Of a stretch of 64,000 nucleotides of DNA, positions 9,989 through 21,431 are shown piece after piece (positions within the stretch are counted from its first letter, which is position 1; each line of letters starts with the position of its first letter). The translations under genes were made by a program, and so were the position numbers. Under the pieces are notes generated by a model. It did not search any database. It saw only the letters and a program-made list of their open reading frames with translations, and had not been told where the DNA came from. This DNA is from an uncultured Armatimonadetes bacterium (GTDB lineage: Bacteria; Armatimonadota; Hebobacteria; Hebobacterales; Hebobacteraceae): assembly GCA_963716175.1 (NCBI GenBank), contig OY970296.1, positions 3,872,001-3,936,000 of the forward strand, in the 5' to 3' direction.

Positions 9989-11098
9989 ATGAAGACCTGG
10001 ACAGTAGCGTTTCTGCTAGCAGTAATCGTGTTGCTTGCCGCTCCCGTTCTCGCTGATTCCCAAACGCCTTCCGCGCTCGCGGAGACACCAGCACAGGAGG
10101 TTCGCACCGCTATGCCCGCAATCCCTGATGCGCCCCCGCGCAAAGTCGTCGTCGGCACTATGGTCTACGCCATGTGGGAGACTTACCCCGGCCTCGACTC
10201 GCGCCTCGACACCCTGGCTGGGTTCGTTGATCGCATGGCCGCGGAGGCCCAGAGGAAGTACCGCACCGGCCTCGACCTGGCCATTCTGCCGGAATGCGCC
10301 GTCACCGGCGAGACTTATGGCGATCCCCCAAAGCACTCCTTCCCGCTGGAGGGCAAGGTGCTGGAGGTGATGGGAGCGGTGGCAAGAAAGCATCACACCT
10401 ACCTCATCGTTCCCCTGAACCTGTGCGAGGACGCGCCGCGCGGCATCTACAGCAATGCCGCAGTGCTGCTCGACCGGGAGGGCAGACTCGTCGGCATCTA
10501 CCGCAAGGTGCACGCGGTGGCCGACTACCAGGGAGAGACCCTGGAAGGGGGCCTGATCGCGGGCCGGGATTTCCCGGTGTTCCAGTGCGACTTCGGCAAG
10601 GTCGGAATCCAGATCTGCTTCGACATGACCTTCGATGACGGCTGGGAGGCGCTCGCGCGCAAGGGAGCGGAGATCGTGGCCTGGCCCTCCCAGTCGCCCC
10701 AGACCATCGAGCCGCGCGGGCGGGCCCGCCGGCACAGCCTGTACATCGTGTCCTCCACGTGGCGGAACAATGCCTCGGTCTTCGACCCCGTGGGTGACCT
10801 CATTGCCCAGACCACCGAGCCTTCGAGTGTGCTGGTGGAGCAGATAGACCTCAGCTATGCGCTGATTGACTGGCAGCCCAAGCTCGAGAACGGCAAGCTG
10901 CTCGCCGACAAGTACGGCAAGGCGGTGGGCTACCGCTACAGCGAGGCCGAGGATGGCGGCATCTTCTGGTCCAACGACCCCAAGATCCCGGTCCTGCAGA
11001 TGGTCCGGGAGCTGGGCCTGGAGCTGCGCGCGGATGCCCTGGCGCGCCAGCGCAAGGTGCAGGACAAAGTGCGCGGCGGGCCCCCGAGCCTGGATTGA
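9989..11098 (+). CDS. Secreted carbon-nitrogen hydrolase (nitrilase superfamily)
   Basis: Signal peptide; catalytic triad LPE, YRKVH, ICFD. Confidence 0.87.
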   Translation: MKTWTVAFLLAVIVLLAAPVLADSQTPSALAETPAQEVRTAMPAIPDAPPRKVVVGTMVYAMWETYPGLDSRLDTLAGFVDRMAAEAQRKYRTGLDLAILPECAVTGETYGDPPKHSFPLEGKVLEVMGAVARKHHTYLIVPLNLCEDAPRGIYSNAAVLLDREGRLVGIYRKVHAVADYQGETLEGGLIAGRDFPVFQCDFGKVGIQICFDMTFDDGWEALARKGAEIVAWPSQSPQTIEPRGRARRHSLYIVSSTWRNNASVFDPVGDLIAQTTEPSSVLVEQIDLSYALIDWQPKLENGKLLADKYGKAVGYRYSEAEDGGIFWSNDPKIPVLQMVRELGLELRADALARQRKVQDKVRGGPPSLD

Positions 11099-11101
11099 CC
11101 T

Positions 11102-11159
11102 GTAGGGCAGGCATGTCCTGATCCTACGAAGCCTTGGCGGAGTAGGACCTATGCCTGCC
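11102..11159 (+). repeat. GTAG REP with a second palindrome in its loop
   Basis: gtagggcaggcat[gtcctgatcctacgaagccttggcggagtaggacct]atgcctgcc. Confidence 0.55.
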
Positions 11160-11361
11160 GGAGCAGGACCTGCCGGAGGCGGGCAAGCGCTTTCGCTCCA
11201 GGGCGCATGGCCGCGCCCTAGCTTCGCCCATGTTCGCCGGCGGCACAAGAAGCCGGCAATACCCGGGCTTCTTGCCCGCGGGCCCTTGACACGGCCTGTA
11301 TAATACTACGGTTGGATTGGCCCGGGGACCGTGGGCCGAGGGCCGGGTGCGACGCACAGAC

Positions 11362-11390
11362 TTGACGTGATCTCGCCGATTCGCTATGCT
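11362..11390 (+). promoter_or_regulatory. sigma70-type promoter of groESL
   Basis: TTGACG-17nt-TATGCT. Confidence 0.6.
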
Positions 11391-11576
11391 AGTCTGCCGA
11401 CGGCGCCAGACCCCCGGGGTTTGCCGCCGTCGCTTTCCGACCGAAGCATCATCGCTGTCGAGCCGCTGCAAGCTCACTGCAACACAGGGCGGAACCGACG
11501 GCCTCCCCGCGCCCGAGTGGGCACGGGCGCGAGGCCAATCAGCTATCAACATCCACGTGATGGAGGAGGTGAGAGT

Positions 11577-11888
11577 ATGCTGCGACCGCTCGGGGATCGC
11601 ATCGTGGTCAAGCCGGGCCCGGAGGAGGAGGTGACCAAGGGGGGAATCGTCCTGCCCGACACGGCCCGGAAGAAGCCGCGAGAGGGCGAAGTGCTGGCGG
11701 TGGGCCCTGGGAAGGTGCTCGAAAACGGCCAGCGCGCCCCCATGGAAGTGTCCGTGGGCGACGTGGTGGTCTATTCCGAGTATGGTGGGACCGAGATCAC
11801 CCTCAATGGTCAGGATTACGTCATCCTCGACGAGGGCTCGGTGCTGGCGATAAACCCAGAGGGGAAGAAGGGCAAGGGGAAGAAATAG
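11577..11888 (+). CDS. groES: Co-chaperonin GroES
   Basis: MLRPLGDRIVV, TKGGIVLPDTA, VLAVGPG, YGGTE; SD GGAGGAGG. Confidence 0.97.
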   Translation: MLRPLGDRIVVKPGPEEEVTKGGIVLPDTARKKPREGEVLAVGPGKVLENGQRAPMEVSVGDVVVYSEYGGTEITLNGQDYVILDEGSVLAINPEGKKGKGKK

Positions 11889-11999
11889 GCAGGCCGCCCA
11901 TCAGGCAGAAGGTTGCCCGTCGGGAAGGGGTGCTCCGTCGCCATAGCTATGGAGCGTCGGCGAGTTGCCCCTGCGAATGTGTGGGAAAAGTGAACCTAG

Positions 12000-13640
<1,641 letters not shown>

Positions 13641-13647
13641 TGAACGG

Positions 13648-13670
13648 TAGGGCAGGTTCCTAACCTGCCC
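13648..13670 (+). repeat. GTAG REP
   Basis: gtagggcaggttcctaacctgccc-type palindrome. Confidence 0.7.
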
Positions 13671-13716
13671 GCAGCAGCGGATAGCCGGGCAGGAGCAAGC
13701 TTCTGCCAAACGAAGA

Positions 13717-13742
13717 CGGGGGACGGCGAAAGCCGTCCCCCG
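13717..13742 (+). terminator. GC hairpin downstream of groEL
   Basis: cgggggacggc-gaaa-gccgtcccccg; no clear U tract. Confidence 0.45.
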
Positions 13743-13779
13743 CGTCGCGCCTTCAGTACGCTAGGGAAGGAAGCCACAG

Positions 13780-14964
13780 GTGAAGATCACCGAGGTGTCC
13801 CTGGTTCAACTCAGCGGGGAGTTCCCGGTCCAGGAGATCCGGCCCGAGGCGCCGCGGGTGGCGCCGCTGGACATCTATCCGGAACTCGCCCCCGCTCATT
13901 GGAGAGGCCCGGCCCGCGCACCCGGCGAGATAGTGCGGCAGAAGAGCGTCTACCTGGAAGTGCACACCGATGAAGAGATCACCGGCATCTACGGTCCCCT
14001 CGAGGGCAGCTATGCCTTCATCGTGCCCCGGGAGATGCGCGACTTCCTGCTGGGCCAGGACCCCCTCGCCACCGAGAAGATATGGGACCAGCTAGTGCGC
14101 CTCAACCGCCACAGCCGGAGTGGCTACTACATGATGGCGATGAGCGCGCTCGACTGTGCGCTTTGGGATCTGAAGGGGAAGGCTCTGGGCCAACCCGTCT
14201 TCCGGCTGCTCGGAGGACCAACACAAGACCGGGTGCCCGCCTATGCCAGCATGGTCGGATTCTCGGTTGAGCCCCATGCCCTCACCACGCGGGCGCGGGA
14301 GCATAAAGCGCTGGGCTATCACGCCCAGAAGTGGTTTTTCCAGTACGGCCCCGGGGCTGGCGCCCAGGGCGCGCGTCGGAATGTGGAGATGGTGCACCTT
14401 CTGCGTCAGGCGGTGGGCGAGGAGACAGCTCTCATGTTCGATGCCTGCTGGTCGTGGGATGTCCCCTACGCCGTGGACGTGGGGCGCCGCATCGCACCCT
14501 ACCGGCCCGCCTGGCTGGAAGAGCCGGTACCGTGCGACCGGCTGCGCGGGCTGCGGATGATTCGAGAGCAGACTGGGATTCCCATCGCCACAGGCGAACA
14601 CGCCTACACCCGCTGGCAGATCAGGGACCTGCTGGAGGCGGGCGCGGTGGATGTGGTGCAAGCCGACCCCGACTGGTGTGGCGGCATCAGCGAACTGGTC
14701 AAGATCGCGGCCCTGTGCTCTGCCTACGACGTTCCCCTCTGCCCTCACGGCAACTCCCTGCACCCTGCGCTGCATGTGGCCGCGGCCTGTCCGCCTACCG
14801 TGATCCCGCAGATCGAGTTCCTGATCGTCTACCAGCGGTACAAGCAGCAGTTCATGACTAGCTATCTGGAGCCCGAATCGGGCCGCATCCGGCCTCCCGA
14901 AAGCCCTGGCTTGGGGATCGAGATAGACCCGGCCAGAGTCGCTGCCCGAAAGACGCTCTTGTAG
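13780..14964 (+). CDS. Mandelate racemase/muconate lactonizing (enolase superfamily) acid-sugar dehydratase
   Basis: SALDCALWDLKGK, LMFD, WLEEP, ATGEH, CPHG, PGLG. Confidence 0.88.
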   Translation: MKITEVSLVQLSGEFPVQEIRPEAPRVAPLDIYPELAPAHWRGPARAPGEIVRQKSVYLEVHTDEEITGIYGPLEGSYAFIVPREMRDFLLGQDPLATEKIWDQLVRLNRHSRSGYYMMAMSALDCALWDLKGKALGQPVFRLLGGPTQDRVPAYASMVGFSVEPHALTTRAREHKALGYHAQKWFFQYGPGAGAQGARRNVEMVHLLRQAVGEETALMFDACWSWDVPYAVDVGRRIAPYRPAWLEEPVPCDRLRGLRMIREQTGIPIATGEHAYTRWQIRDLLEAGAVDVVQADPDWCGGISELVKIAALCSAYDVPLCPHGNSLHPALHVAAACPPTVIPQIEFLIVYQRYKQQFMTSYLEPESGRIRPPESPGLGIEIDPARVAARKTLL

Positions 14965-15085
14965 GCTGGAAAGCGAGCTGATGAAGGCACGCGCACCAAT
15001 AGCATATCAGGGCAGGAGGCAAGCTGTTGCCCTGCGAATTAGGACTCAACATGGATCGCCATGAGATCTGCTCCCCTGAGGCCGC

Positions 15086-16312
15086 ATGATGCGCTATCGC
15101 GAGTACAGCCCGGAGAAAGACAAGCAGGCGGTACGCCGCATTCTGTGGGAGGTGGGCTGGCTGGACAAGAGCAAAGAAGACGCCTACGACGAGATGCTGG
15201 CCTGCGGGCGCTCCTTGGTGGTCGAAGTCAACGGGGAGGCAGAATGCCTGGTCGTCACCGCTCCGGGGGTGATCCGCTACCTGCAGGAAGACCTCCCGTT
15301 TGCCGAGGTCACCGCGGTGGCCACCAGCCGGGTCGCCCGGCGGCAGGGCCTGGCGCAGCGTCTGCTGGCTCGGGCGCTGGCGGCCGCGGTGGCTGACGGC
15401 GCCGTTCTGGCGCGGGTGTGCGTCTTCGATCAGGGCTTCTACAACCAACTCGGGTTCGGCCCCGGCGGCTACGAGCACAGGCTCTCCTTCGACCCCGCCA
15501 CCCTCAACGTGAGTGCGAGGCCCCGGATACCGCGCCGGCTCACCCGCGAGGACCGGGATCTGGTCCACGCCGGCCGACTGGCGCGGCGGCGGGGGCACGG
15601 AACGGCCAACTACCATTCCCCTGGCACCCTCGACATGGACTGGGCCGACCAGGGGTTCGGGCTCGGCTACTGCGATGGTCCCAATGGGGAACTCACCCAC
15701 CACTTCTGCTGCTGGTGTGAGCACGCGGAACGCGGCCCCTATCACATCTCCTGGATGGCCTACCAGACCCGCGAGCAGTTCCTCGAGCTCATGGCCCTGG
15801 TCAAGAGCCTGGGCGACCAGGTGCACCTGGTGCGGATGCGGGAGCCCCAGGGCATTCAGCTCCAGGACCTGCTCGACCGGCCCTTCAAGCAGCACCAGGT
15901 AACCGAGCAGTCGAGGTTCGAGAACCAGATGGCGTCCTATGCCTACTGGCAAGTCCGCATCCTCGATCTCGCCGCCTGCCTCGCCTCCACCCACCTTCCG
16001 TGGGGCGAATCACGCTTCAACCTTCGCCTCACCGACCCGGTAGAGAAGCTGCTGGATCGGGACGCTCCCTGGCGCGGCGTCGCCGGCGACTACGTTGTCA
16101 CTCTCGGTCCCTCCTCTTCGGCCCGCGCTGGGTCCGACTCCTCGCTGCCGACGCTGAGCGCCTCCGTCAATGCCTTCAGCCGACTCTGGTTTGGGGTGCG
16201 GCCGGCCAGCGGCCTGGCGGTGACCGACGATCTCTCCGGCCCCGAGTCGCTGCTGGCGGCCCTCGACTCCCGCCTCCGCCTACCGGAGCCGAAGCCGGAT
16301 TGGGATTTCTGA
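15086..16312 (+). CDS. Eis-like GNAT acetyltransferase with SCP2-like C-terminus
   Basis: VATSRVARRQGLA, FYNQLGF, VRILDL, AFSRLWFG. Confidence 0.75.
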   Translation: MMRYREYSPEKDKQAVRRILWEVGWLDKSKEDAYDEMLACGRSLVVEVNGEAECLVVTAPGVIRYLQEDLPFAEVTAVATSRVARRQGLAQRLLARALAAAVADGAVLARVCVFDQGFYNQLGFGPGGYEHRLSFDPATLNVSARPRIPRRLTREDRDLVHAGRLARRRGHGTANYHSPGTLDMDWADQGFGLGYCDGPNGELTHHFCCWCEHAERGPYHISWMAYQTREQFLELMALVKSLGDQVHLVRMREPQGIQLQDLLDRPFKQHQVTEQSRFENQMASYAYWQVRILDLAACLASTHLPWGESRFNLRLTDPVEKLLDRDAPWRGVAGDYVVTLGPSSSARAGSDSSLPTLSASVNAFSRLWFGVRPASGLAVTDDLSGPESLLAALDSRLRLPEPKPDWDF

Positions 16313-16407
16313 AGAACTTCCCCGAATGGAGTAACGCGGCGGAGCTCAAGAAGCGGCCCTAGGGGTTCCCTGCCCTATTCGTTGCGCCTGCCTTCCCTTG
16401 CGAACCA

Positions 16408-16435
16408 TTGACACCCCTGGCGCCTGGAGTACAAT
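16408..16435 (+). promoter_or_regulatory. sigma70-type promoter
   Basis: TTGACA-16nt-TACAAT. Confidence 0.65.
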
Positions 16436-16464
16436 GAGTGGGTGGCAACGTAGGGGGATTCCAC

Positions 16465-18915
16465 ATGACCAAGCTGCGAATCGTCTTGGTCGGCTGTGGG
16501 CTGGTCGTCCTCTCCGGGCGTCCGTGTGCGGCGGACGTGAGGGAACTCTACCGCAGTCCGTTCGGGGCGATCCACTCTCTCGCGGCCAATCCTAGCGACG
16601 GCTCCTGGTGGGTGGGCAGCAGCAAGAGCGTGCTCCATCTCTCGGCTGAGGGCGCGATCCTCAGCCAGACCGATGGTTTCCAGCCCGCCACGGCGCTCTC
16701 GGTTGACCCCGGCGACGGATCGTGCTGGGTGGCTGACCCGAACGCGGATAGAGTCGTCCATCTTGCCGTTGACGGAACCGTCGCCTGGTCAGGCGATTTC
16801 CCCTATCCCACCTCAGTCTTTGTGGACGCTTCCGACGGGTCGTGTTGGGTGGGCTTCAACAACGGGGTTGCCCTCCTGGCCAAGGATGGCACAGAGCTGT
16901 GGCGGCAGACGGCGTGGGGTCCAAGCGGGCCTCTCGCCGCCGATTCCGAGCGCCACACCTGTTGGGTCGTGACCTCCAGCGGCCCCGGTGGTCTGGTCTT
17001 GCTGTCGAAGACCGGCCAGCAGTTGTCTGCAGCAGACGCCTACGGCGAGGATATCGCCCTTGACCCTGTTGATGGCTCCTGCTGGGTGTCTCAGGCTATG
17101 GGCTCACGGCCTCTCGCGCGGTATTCGGTCGTGGGCGCCAGACTGGCAGAGGTGACCGGCATCACCTGTCCGATCGCGATTGCCGTGAATCCCATTGATG
17201 AGTCCCTCTGGGTGCTGGACAGGGCAATGGGGAGTCTCGTCCAGCTAGCTGCCGACGGCGCTGAGCTGCAGCGATTCGGTGGGCTGCATTGCCCCACCTT
17301 TCTCGCCCTTTGCCCCGCGGACGGATCGCTGCTGGCAGGTGATGGCAGTCGCCTCATCCATTTCTCGAGTTCCGGCGAGATGCTGGAGGTGCTGGGAGGC
17401 GATTACTACTGGGCGGTGTCCGCTAACCCCACAGACGGTTCCTGTTGGGTGGCGGGCATCGGTGAATGGGATCGTCGGACAGAGACCCCTTTCGGCGGCT
17501 CCGTCGTCAAGGTGTCTTCGGATGGTCTCCTGCTGGCCGAGTGTGCGCAGGTCTCCGAGCCCTGCAGCGTGGCGGTGAATCCGACGGACGGCTCCTGCTG
17601 GGTGGGCGACCTCTTCCCTGGGAGTGTGCTGCACCTGTCCACGAGCGGCGCCGTGTTGTGGCGTGGGGATGGGTTCAGTTCCCCTTGGTCTCTCTCGGTC
17701 AACCCTGGCGATGGCTCTTGCTGGGTGGGGGATATGGGAGAATGGGACCGCGCCGCACAGAGGTACGTTGGCTCAGCCATAGTGCACATCGCGGCCGACG
17801 GCACCGAGCTGTGGCGCAACACCGATTTCTGCAGCGTTCAAGCAGTCGCGGTGGACCCGACCGACAGCTCATGCTGGGTGGGAGATGGCTCTCCATCGCC
17901 GGAGTGGCCGGCGCCGCTGATACACTTCACCGCCAGCGGGTGGGAGATGTGGCGTGGCACTTACCTCGCGTGGCCAGGCAAGATCGCGGTGAACTCCGCT
18001 GACAGCTCGGTCTGGGCGGCCGATAGTTCCAGCATCTTGCACCTGGCATCAGACGGTACGGTTCTGTTCCTGAGCAGCGAGACCGCGCCCGAACTGCCCA
18101 TCTACGGGATCATGTCTATCGCCGTCAGCCCGGCCGACGGCTCCTGCTGGGTTGTGGGCGAGAGCTCCGGCGCTAGTCCACAGAGCGCGACCGATATCGT
18201 CCAGCTCGCGCCAGACGGAACGCTGATCTGGCAGGGAGATCTGTTCTGCTGCCCTCAGGACCTATCGCTGAACTCGGCAGACGGGACGCTGTGGGTGGTT
18301 GATGGCGCCGTCGGCCAACTGGTCCACCTGAAGCCCTCGCGATTCCACGACGTGCCCTTCAGCCACTGGGCCTATGATGAGATAGAGGCCTGTGTGGTGG
18401 CTGGGCTGGTCAAGGGCTACCCGGAGGGCACCTACCAACCGGACACACCGGTCTCCCGGGACCAGATGGCGGTGTACATCGCCCGCGCCCTCGCTGGCGG
18501 GGATACCGCCGTCCCCACCGGCCCGGCCGAACCCACCTTCCACGATGTGCCAACCAGCCATTGGGCTTACAGGTACATTGAGTATGCCCATGCCAACAAC
18601 ATCGTGGAAGGCTATCCCGGCGGCACCTACCGGCCTGGGATCGAGCTGGACCGGGCCCAGATGGCAGTGTTCATCGCGCGTTCCATCGTCGTGCCTACCG
18701 GCGACGAGGGCCTGCTGAGCTACACGCCGCCAGACACCCCGACCTTCCCCGACGTGGGGAGCCGATACTGGGCCTACAAGTACATCGAGTACATCGCCGA
18801 GGACGGCATCGCCATCACCCTCGGCTATCCCGATGGCCTCTACTACCCGGAGCTGATCTGCACCCGGGATCAGATGGCGGTGTACATCGCCCGGGCGTTC
18901 AAGCTGCCGGTCTGA
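16465..18915 (+). CDS. Secreted beta-propeller repeat protein with three SLH domains
   Basis: Signal peptide; 14 (A)VNP.DGSCWV-like repeats; SLH triplet. Confidence 0.85.
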   Translation: MTKLRIVLVGCGLVVLSGRPCAADVRELYRSPFGAIHSLAANPSDGSWWVGSSKSVLHLSAEGAILSQTDGFQPATALSVDPGDGSCWVADPNADRVVHLAVDGTVAWSGDFPYPTSVFVDASDGSCWVGFNNGVALLAKDGTELWRQTAWGPSGPLAADSERHTCWVVTSSGPGGLVLLSKTGQQLSAADAYGEDIALDPVDGSCWVSQAMGSRPLARYSVVGARLAEVTGITCPIAIAVNPIDESLWVLDRAMGSLVQLAADGAELQRFGGLHCPTFLALCPADGSLLAGDGSRLIHFSSSGEMLEVLGGDYYWAVSANPTDGSCWVAGIGEWDRRTETPFGGSVVKVSSDGLLLAECAQVSEPCSVAVNPTDGSCWVGDLFPGSVLHLSTSGAVLWRGDGFSSPWSLSVNPGDGSCWVGDMGEWDRAAQRYVGSAIVHIAADGTELWRNTDFCSVQAVAVDPTDSSCWVGDGSPSPEWPAPLIHFTASGWEMWRGTYLAWPGKIAVNSADSSVWAADSSSILHLASDGTVLFLSSETAPELPIYGIMSIAVSPADGSCWVVGESSGASPQSATDIVQLAPDGTLIWQGDLFCCPQDLSLNSADGTLWVVDGAVGQLVHLKPSRFHDVPFSHWAYDEIEACVVAGLVKGYPEGTYQPDTPVSRDQMAVYIARALAGGDTAVPTGPAEPTFHDVPTSHWAYRYIEYAHANNIVEGYPGGTYRPGIELDRAQMAVFIARSIVVPTGDEGLLSYTPPDTPTFPDVGSRYWAYKYIEYIAEDGIAITLGYPDGLYYPELICTRDQMAVYIARAFKLPV

Positions 18916-18927
18916 GTCAGCTCAGGC

Positions 18928-19500
18928 CTACTCACTCGTCCTGCTCTGCTCCTGGATGTGCTTCACGAACTTCTCCCCGGCCCCGCGGGCCGCGGCGAGC
19001 ATGTAGTCCTGGCTGCGGCGAGTCACGATCATCTGATCGAAGACCCCCAGCCCCATGTGGGCGTAGTAGCGCTCCATCGCCACCAGACAGGTGGGCCCGC
19101 CGCCTCCTCCCCCACCGGCGGCGCCGATGCCGAGCATCCATCTGCCCTCGATCCGGGGATCGCCGGGCCCGGCGCGCTCGCACCGGCGCAGGCGATCGAA
19201 GCAGCTCTTCACCACCTCGGCCACGTCGCCGAAGTAGACCGGCGTGCTGAGCACAATCCCGTCGGCCTGGGCCATCTTGTCCCGCACCAGCTCCAGGTCG
19301 TCCTCGATGATACAGAGACCCTCCCGCCGGCACTTGCCCCAGCCATCGTCACAGGCCAGGCAGGCGCTGAGCTTGAGTTTGCGCAGGTGCAGCAGCTCTG
19401 TCTCCGCTCCCGCGGCCTGAGCGCCGGCCATCGCCTGCTTCGCCATCCTCGCGGTGAGGCCGTCTTCATTGGGTGAAGCTTGCATCACCAGGATCTTCAT
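18928..19500 (-). CDS. Flavodoxin-like / iron-sulfur flavoprotein (NADPH-dependent FMN reductase family)
   Basis: ASPN.DGLT, CLAC...C...C, TPVYFG. Confidence 0.85.
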   Translation of the reverse strand: MKILVMQASPNEDGLTARMAKQAMAGAQAAGAETELLHLRKLKLSACLACDDGWGKCRREGLCIIEDDLELVRDKMAQADGIVLSTPVYFGDVAEVVKSCFDRLRRCERAGPGDPRIEGRWMLGIGAAGGGGGGGPTCLVAMERYYAHMGLGVFDQMIVTRRSQDYMLAAARGAGEKFVKHIQEQSRTSE

Positions 19501-19529
19501 GGTGAGTCCTCCTGCTCGATGTTATCTGG

Positions 19530-19589
19530 GGGCAGGTCGCGGACCTGCCCTACGACAACCACCCGGCGGGCGTGGGAACCCCGCCCTAC
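19530..19589 (-). repeat. Two tandem GTAG REPs
   Basis: 19530-19553 is the exact reverse complement of gtagggcaggtccgcgacctgccc; second unit ggcgggcgtgggaaccccgccctac. Confidence 0.8.
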
Positions 19590-19591
19590 AG

Positions 19592-20356
19592 TCACACCCG
19601 GTCTTTCACCCGCTCGATGTAGGCCTGCCACACCCTCTCCATCTGGGCCTGGGCCTCTTCGGGAGGCAGGAAGTTGTGCGAGGCATTGACCAGCGGCGGC
19701 TGGCCGGCCTCGGTCAGCATCTGCGCCACCTCGCAGTTGATCGCATTCACCGCGGTCACGAATCCGAAGGTCGAGCCGGGGCCGACTCTCTCCCGGAGAC
19801 CGGGGATGTCAATCATGGCATCCCCGGCCGGGACGCAAGTGTCCACCACGATGTCGGCGATCTCACAGAGGCGCTTGCCGCTGGAGTGGCGCGCGGGTAC
19901 GGCATTGGTATGCTCGAGCGAGGTGAGCGCCACCAGAGTCAGACCGCGCCGCTTGCTCTCCAGTGCCATGTCCACCACCACGCCGTTGATTCCGGACTGG
20001 GAGAAGATCATCATAGTGTCCCGCGGATCGAGACGGTAGTTCTGGAGGATGATCTGCGCGAATCCCTCCAGCCGTTCCAGGAAGAGAAACTGCGGCACCC
20101 CGCTGTCCCCAACGACATTGGTGAAGTAGGACAGGCAATGCTCGGTCATGGGATGATAGCCGACGAAGCCTCCGATGCGAGGGTAGCACTCCATCACCGG
20201 CAGGGAACCGTGGCCGGCCCCGAAGAGATGCACCACCCGGCCGGCGAGGATGGAGTCGGCAATGGCCCGTGCTGCGGCCTTGATATTGTCCATCTGGGTC
20301 TCGCGGATGCGGCGGTGAATCTGCTCGGTCTTAGCAAACCATTGCTCGGCAGCCAT
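19592..20356 (-). CDS. SIS-domain sugar isomerase protein
   Basis: VHLFGAGH, FSQSGIN, RHSSGKRL, GPGST. Confidence 0.85.
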   Translation of the reverse strand: MAAEQWFAKTEQIHRRIRETQMDNIKAAARAIADSILAGRVVHLFGAGHGSLPVMECYPRIGGFVGYHPMTEHCLSYFTNVVGDSGVPQFLFLERLEGFAQIILQNYRLDPRDTMMIFSQSGINGVVVDMALESKRRGLTLVALTSLEHTNAVPARHSSGKRLCEIADIVVDTCVPAGDAMIDIPGLRERVGPGSTFGFVTAVNAINCEVAQMLTEAGQPPLVNASHNFLPPEEAQAQMERVWQAYIERVKDRV

Positions 20357-20379
20357 CAAGCATCTCCCTCCTGCAGTCC

Positions 20380-20424
20380 CTAGGCCCGATAGGGCCGGCA
20401 TGGCGGCCGCCTCTGCCGGCCTAG
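20380..20424. repeat. CTAG-bounded two-hairpin mini-element
   Basis: ctaggccc-gata-gggcc ggcatggc ggccg-cctctgc-cggcctag; same architecture as 4279-4330. Confidence 0.5.
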
Positions 20425-20436
20425 CCAGCGGTCGCC

Positions 20437-21357
20437 CTAGTGGCGACCTAGCCACTGCGCCGCCAGCCTGGCCGCGCCCAGCCAGGCCGCCTCTTCCCCC
20501 AGCTCCGCGGCCACGATCCGCACGCTTCGCGCCACCTGCGGCTGGGACTCACCGGCCACGATCTCCCGGATGCGCGGCAGGAGCAGGTCAGCGCCCCCTG
20601 CGATCACCCCTCCCGCCAGCACCACCACCTCCGGGTCCACCAGGCTCACCAGGTTCGCCACCGCCGCACCCAGCACCTCCGCCGCCTGGGCGATGGCCTC
20701 CCGCGCTCGGCCGTCGCCTTGGCGCGCGGCCTCCAATGCCTCCTCGGCCGTGGCTCTTCCCGCGGCGCGGGCGATGGCCGGGCCGGAGGCGAGGCATTCC
20801 AGCCAGCCCTGGTTCGGAGGCCTGGCCAAGCCGGCCTGCCGCCAGTCTCCCACCCACCACCCCACCGCGCCGGCCACGCCCACGTGCCCGCGGTGCAGCC
20901 GCCCTCCCAGGATCAGCCCTCCCCCAATCCCGGTCCCGATCGCCACCAGCGCGACATCGCTCATCCCCCGCGCGGCGCCGCACCACCATTCCCCAGTCAC
21001 CCAGGCGTGTCCGTCGTAGTGAAGGGTGGCGGGAATCCCGAGCGCTCCCGCGATCGGCCCGGCGACCGCCACCGGTTGCTGCCATCCCACGATATTGGGC
21101 GCCCACAACACCGCGCCTGCGGTCTGGTCAATCACCGCAGGCACGGCCACGCCGATGGCGGCGGTCTCTTTCACGGCGCTGGCCTTGGTCAGAACTTCGC
21201 GGAGGAGAGCTATGATCTGGGAGACCACCTGGGCGCCGCCGTCCCGAGCGGTGGGCGCGCGGCGAGAGGCGATGATGTGGCCTTCACCATCGGCCAGGCC
21301 GACCGCGATCTTCGTTCCTCCGACGTCAACGCCGGCGAGGAGGCGGGAGCACAGCAT
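20437..21357 (-). CDS. ROK-family sugar kinase
   Basis: GVDVGGTKI, IGTGIGGG, G.LE..ASG, DPEVVVLAGG. Confidence 0.88.
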   Translation of the reverse strand: MLCSRLLAGVDVGGTKIAVGLADGEGHIIASRRAPTARDGGAQVVSQIIALLREVLTKASAVKETAAIGVAVPAVIDQTAGAVLWAPNIVGWQQPVAVAGPIAGALGIPATLHYDGHAWVTGEWWCGAARGMSDVALVAIGTGIGGGLILGGRLHRGHVGVAGAVGWWVGDWRQAGLARPPNQGWLECLASGPAIARAAGRATAEEALEAARQGDGRAREAIAQAAEVLGAAVANLVSLVDPEVVVLAGGVIAGGADLLLPRIREIVAGESQPQVARSVRIVAAELGEEAAWLGAARLAAQWLGRH

Positions 21358-21378
21358 CTTCGCTCCAGATACCAGGCT

Positions 21379-21431
21379 GTAGGGCGGGGATTCCTATCCC
21401 CGCCTGGAGGGCATGGGAATGCCCTCCCTAC
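21379..21431. repeat. Inverted GTAG REP pair (REPIN)
   Basis: gtagggcggggattcctatccccgcc...ggagggcatgggaatgccctccctac; the right end supplies the stop of the 21428 gene. Confidence 0.75.

Noticed and set aside
11286-11304. TTGACA...TATAAT perfect promoter
   Set aside because: The spacer is only 7 nt, so the two boxes cannot form one sigma70 promoter.
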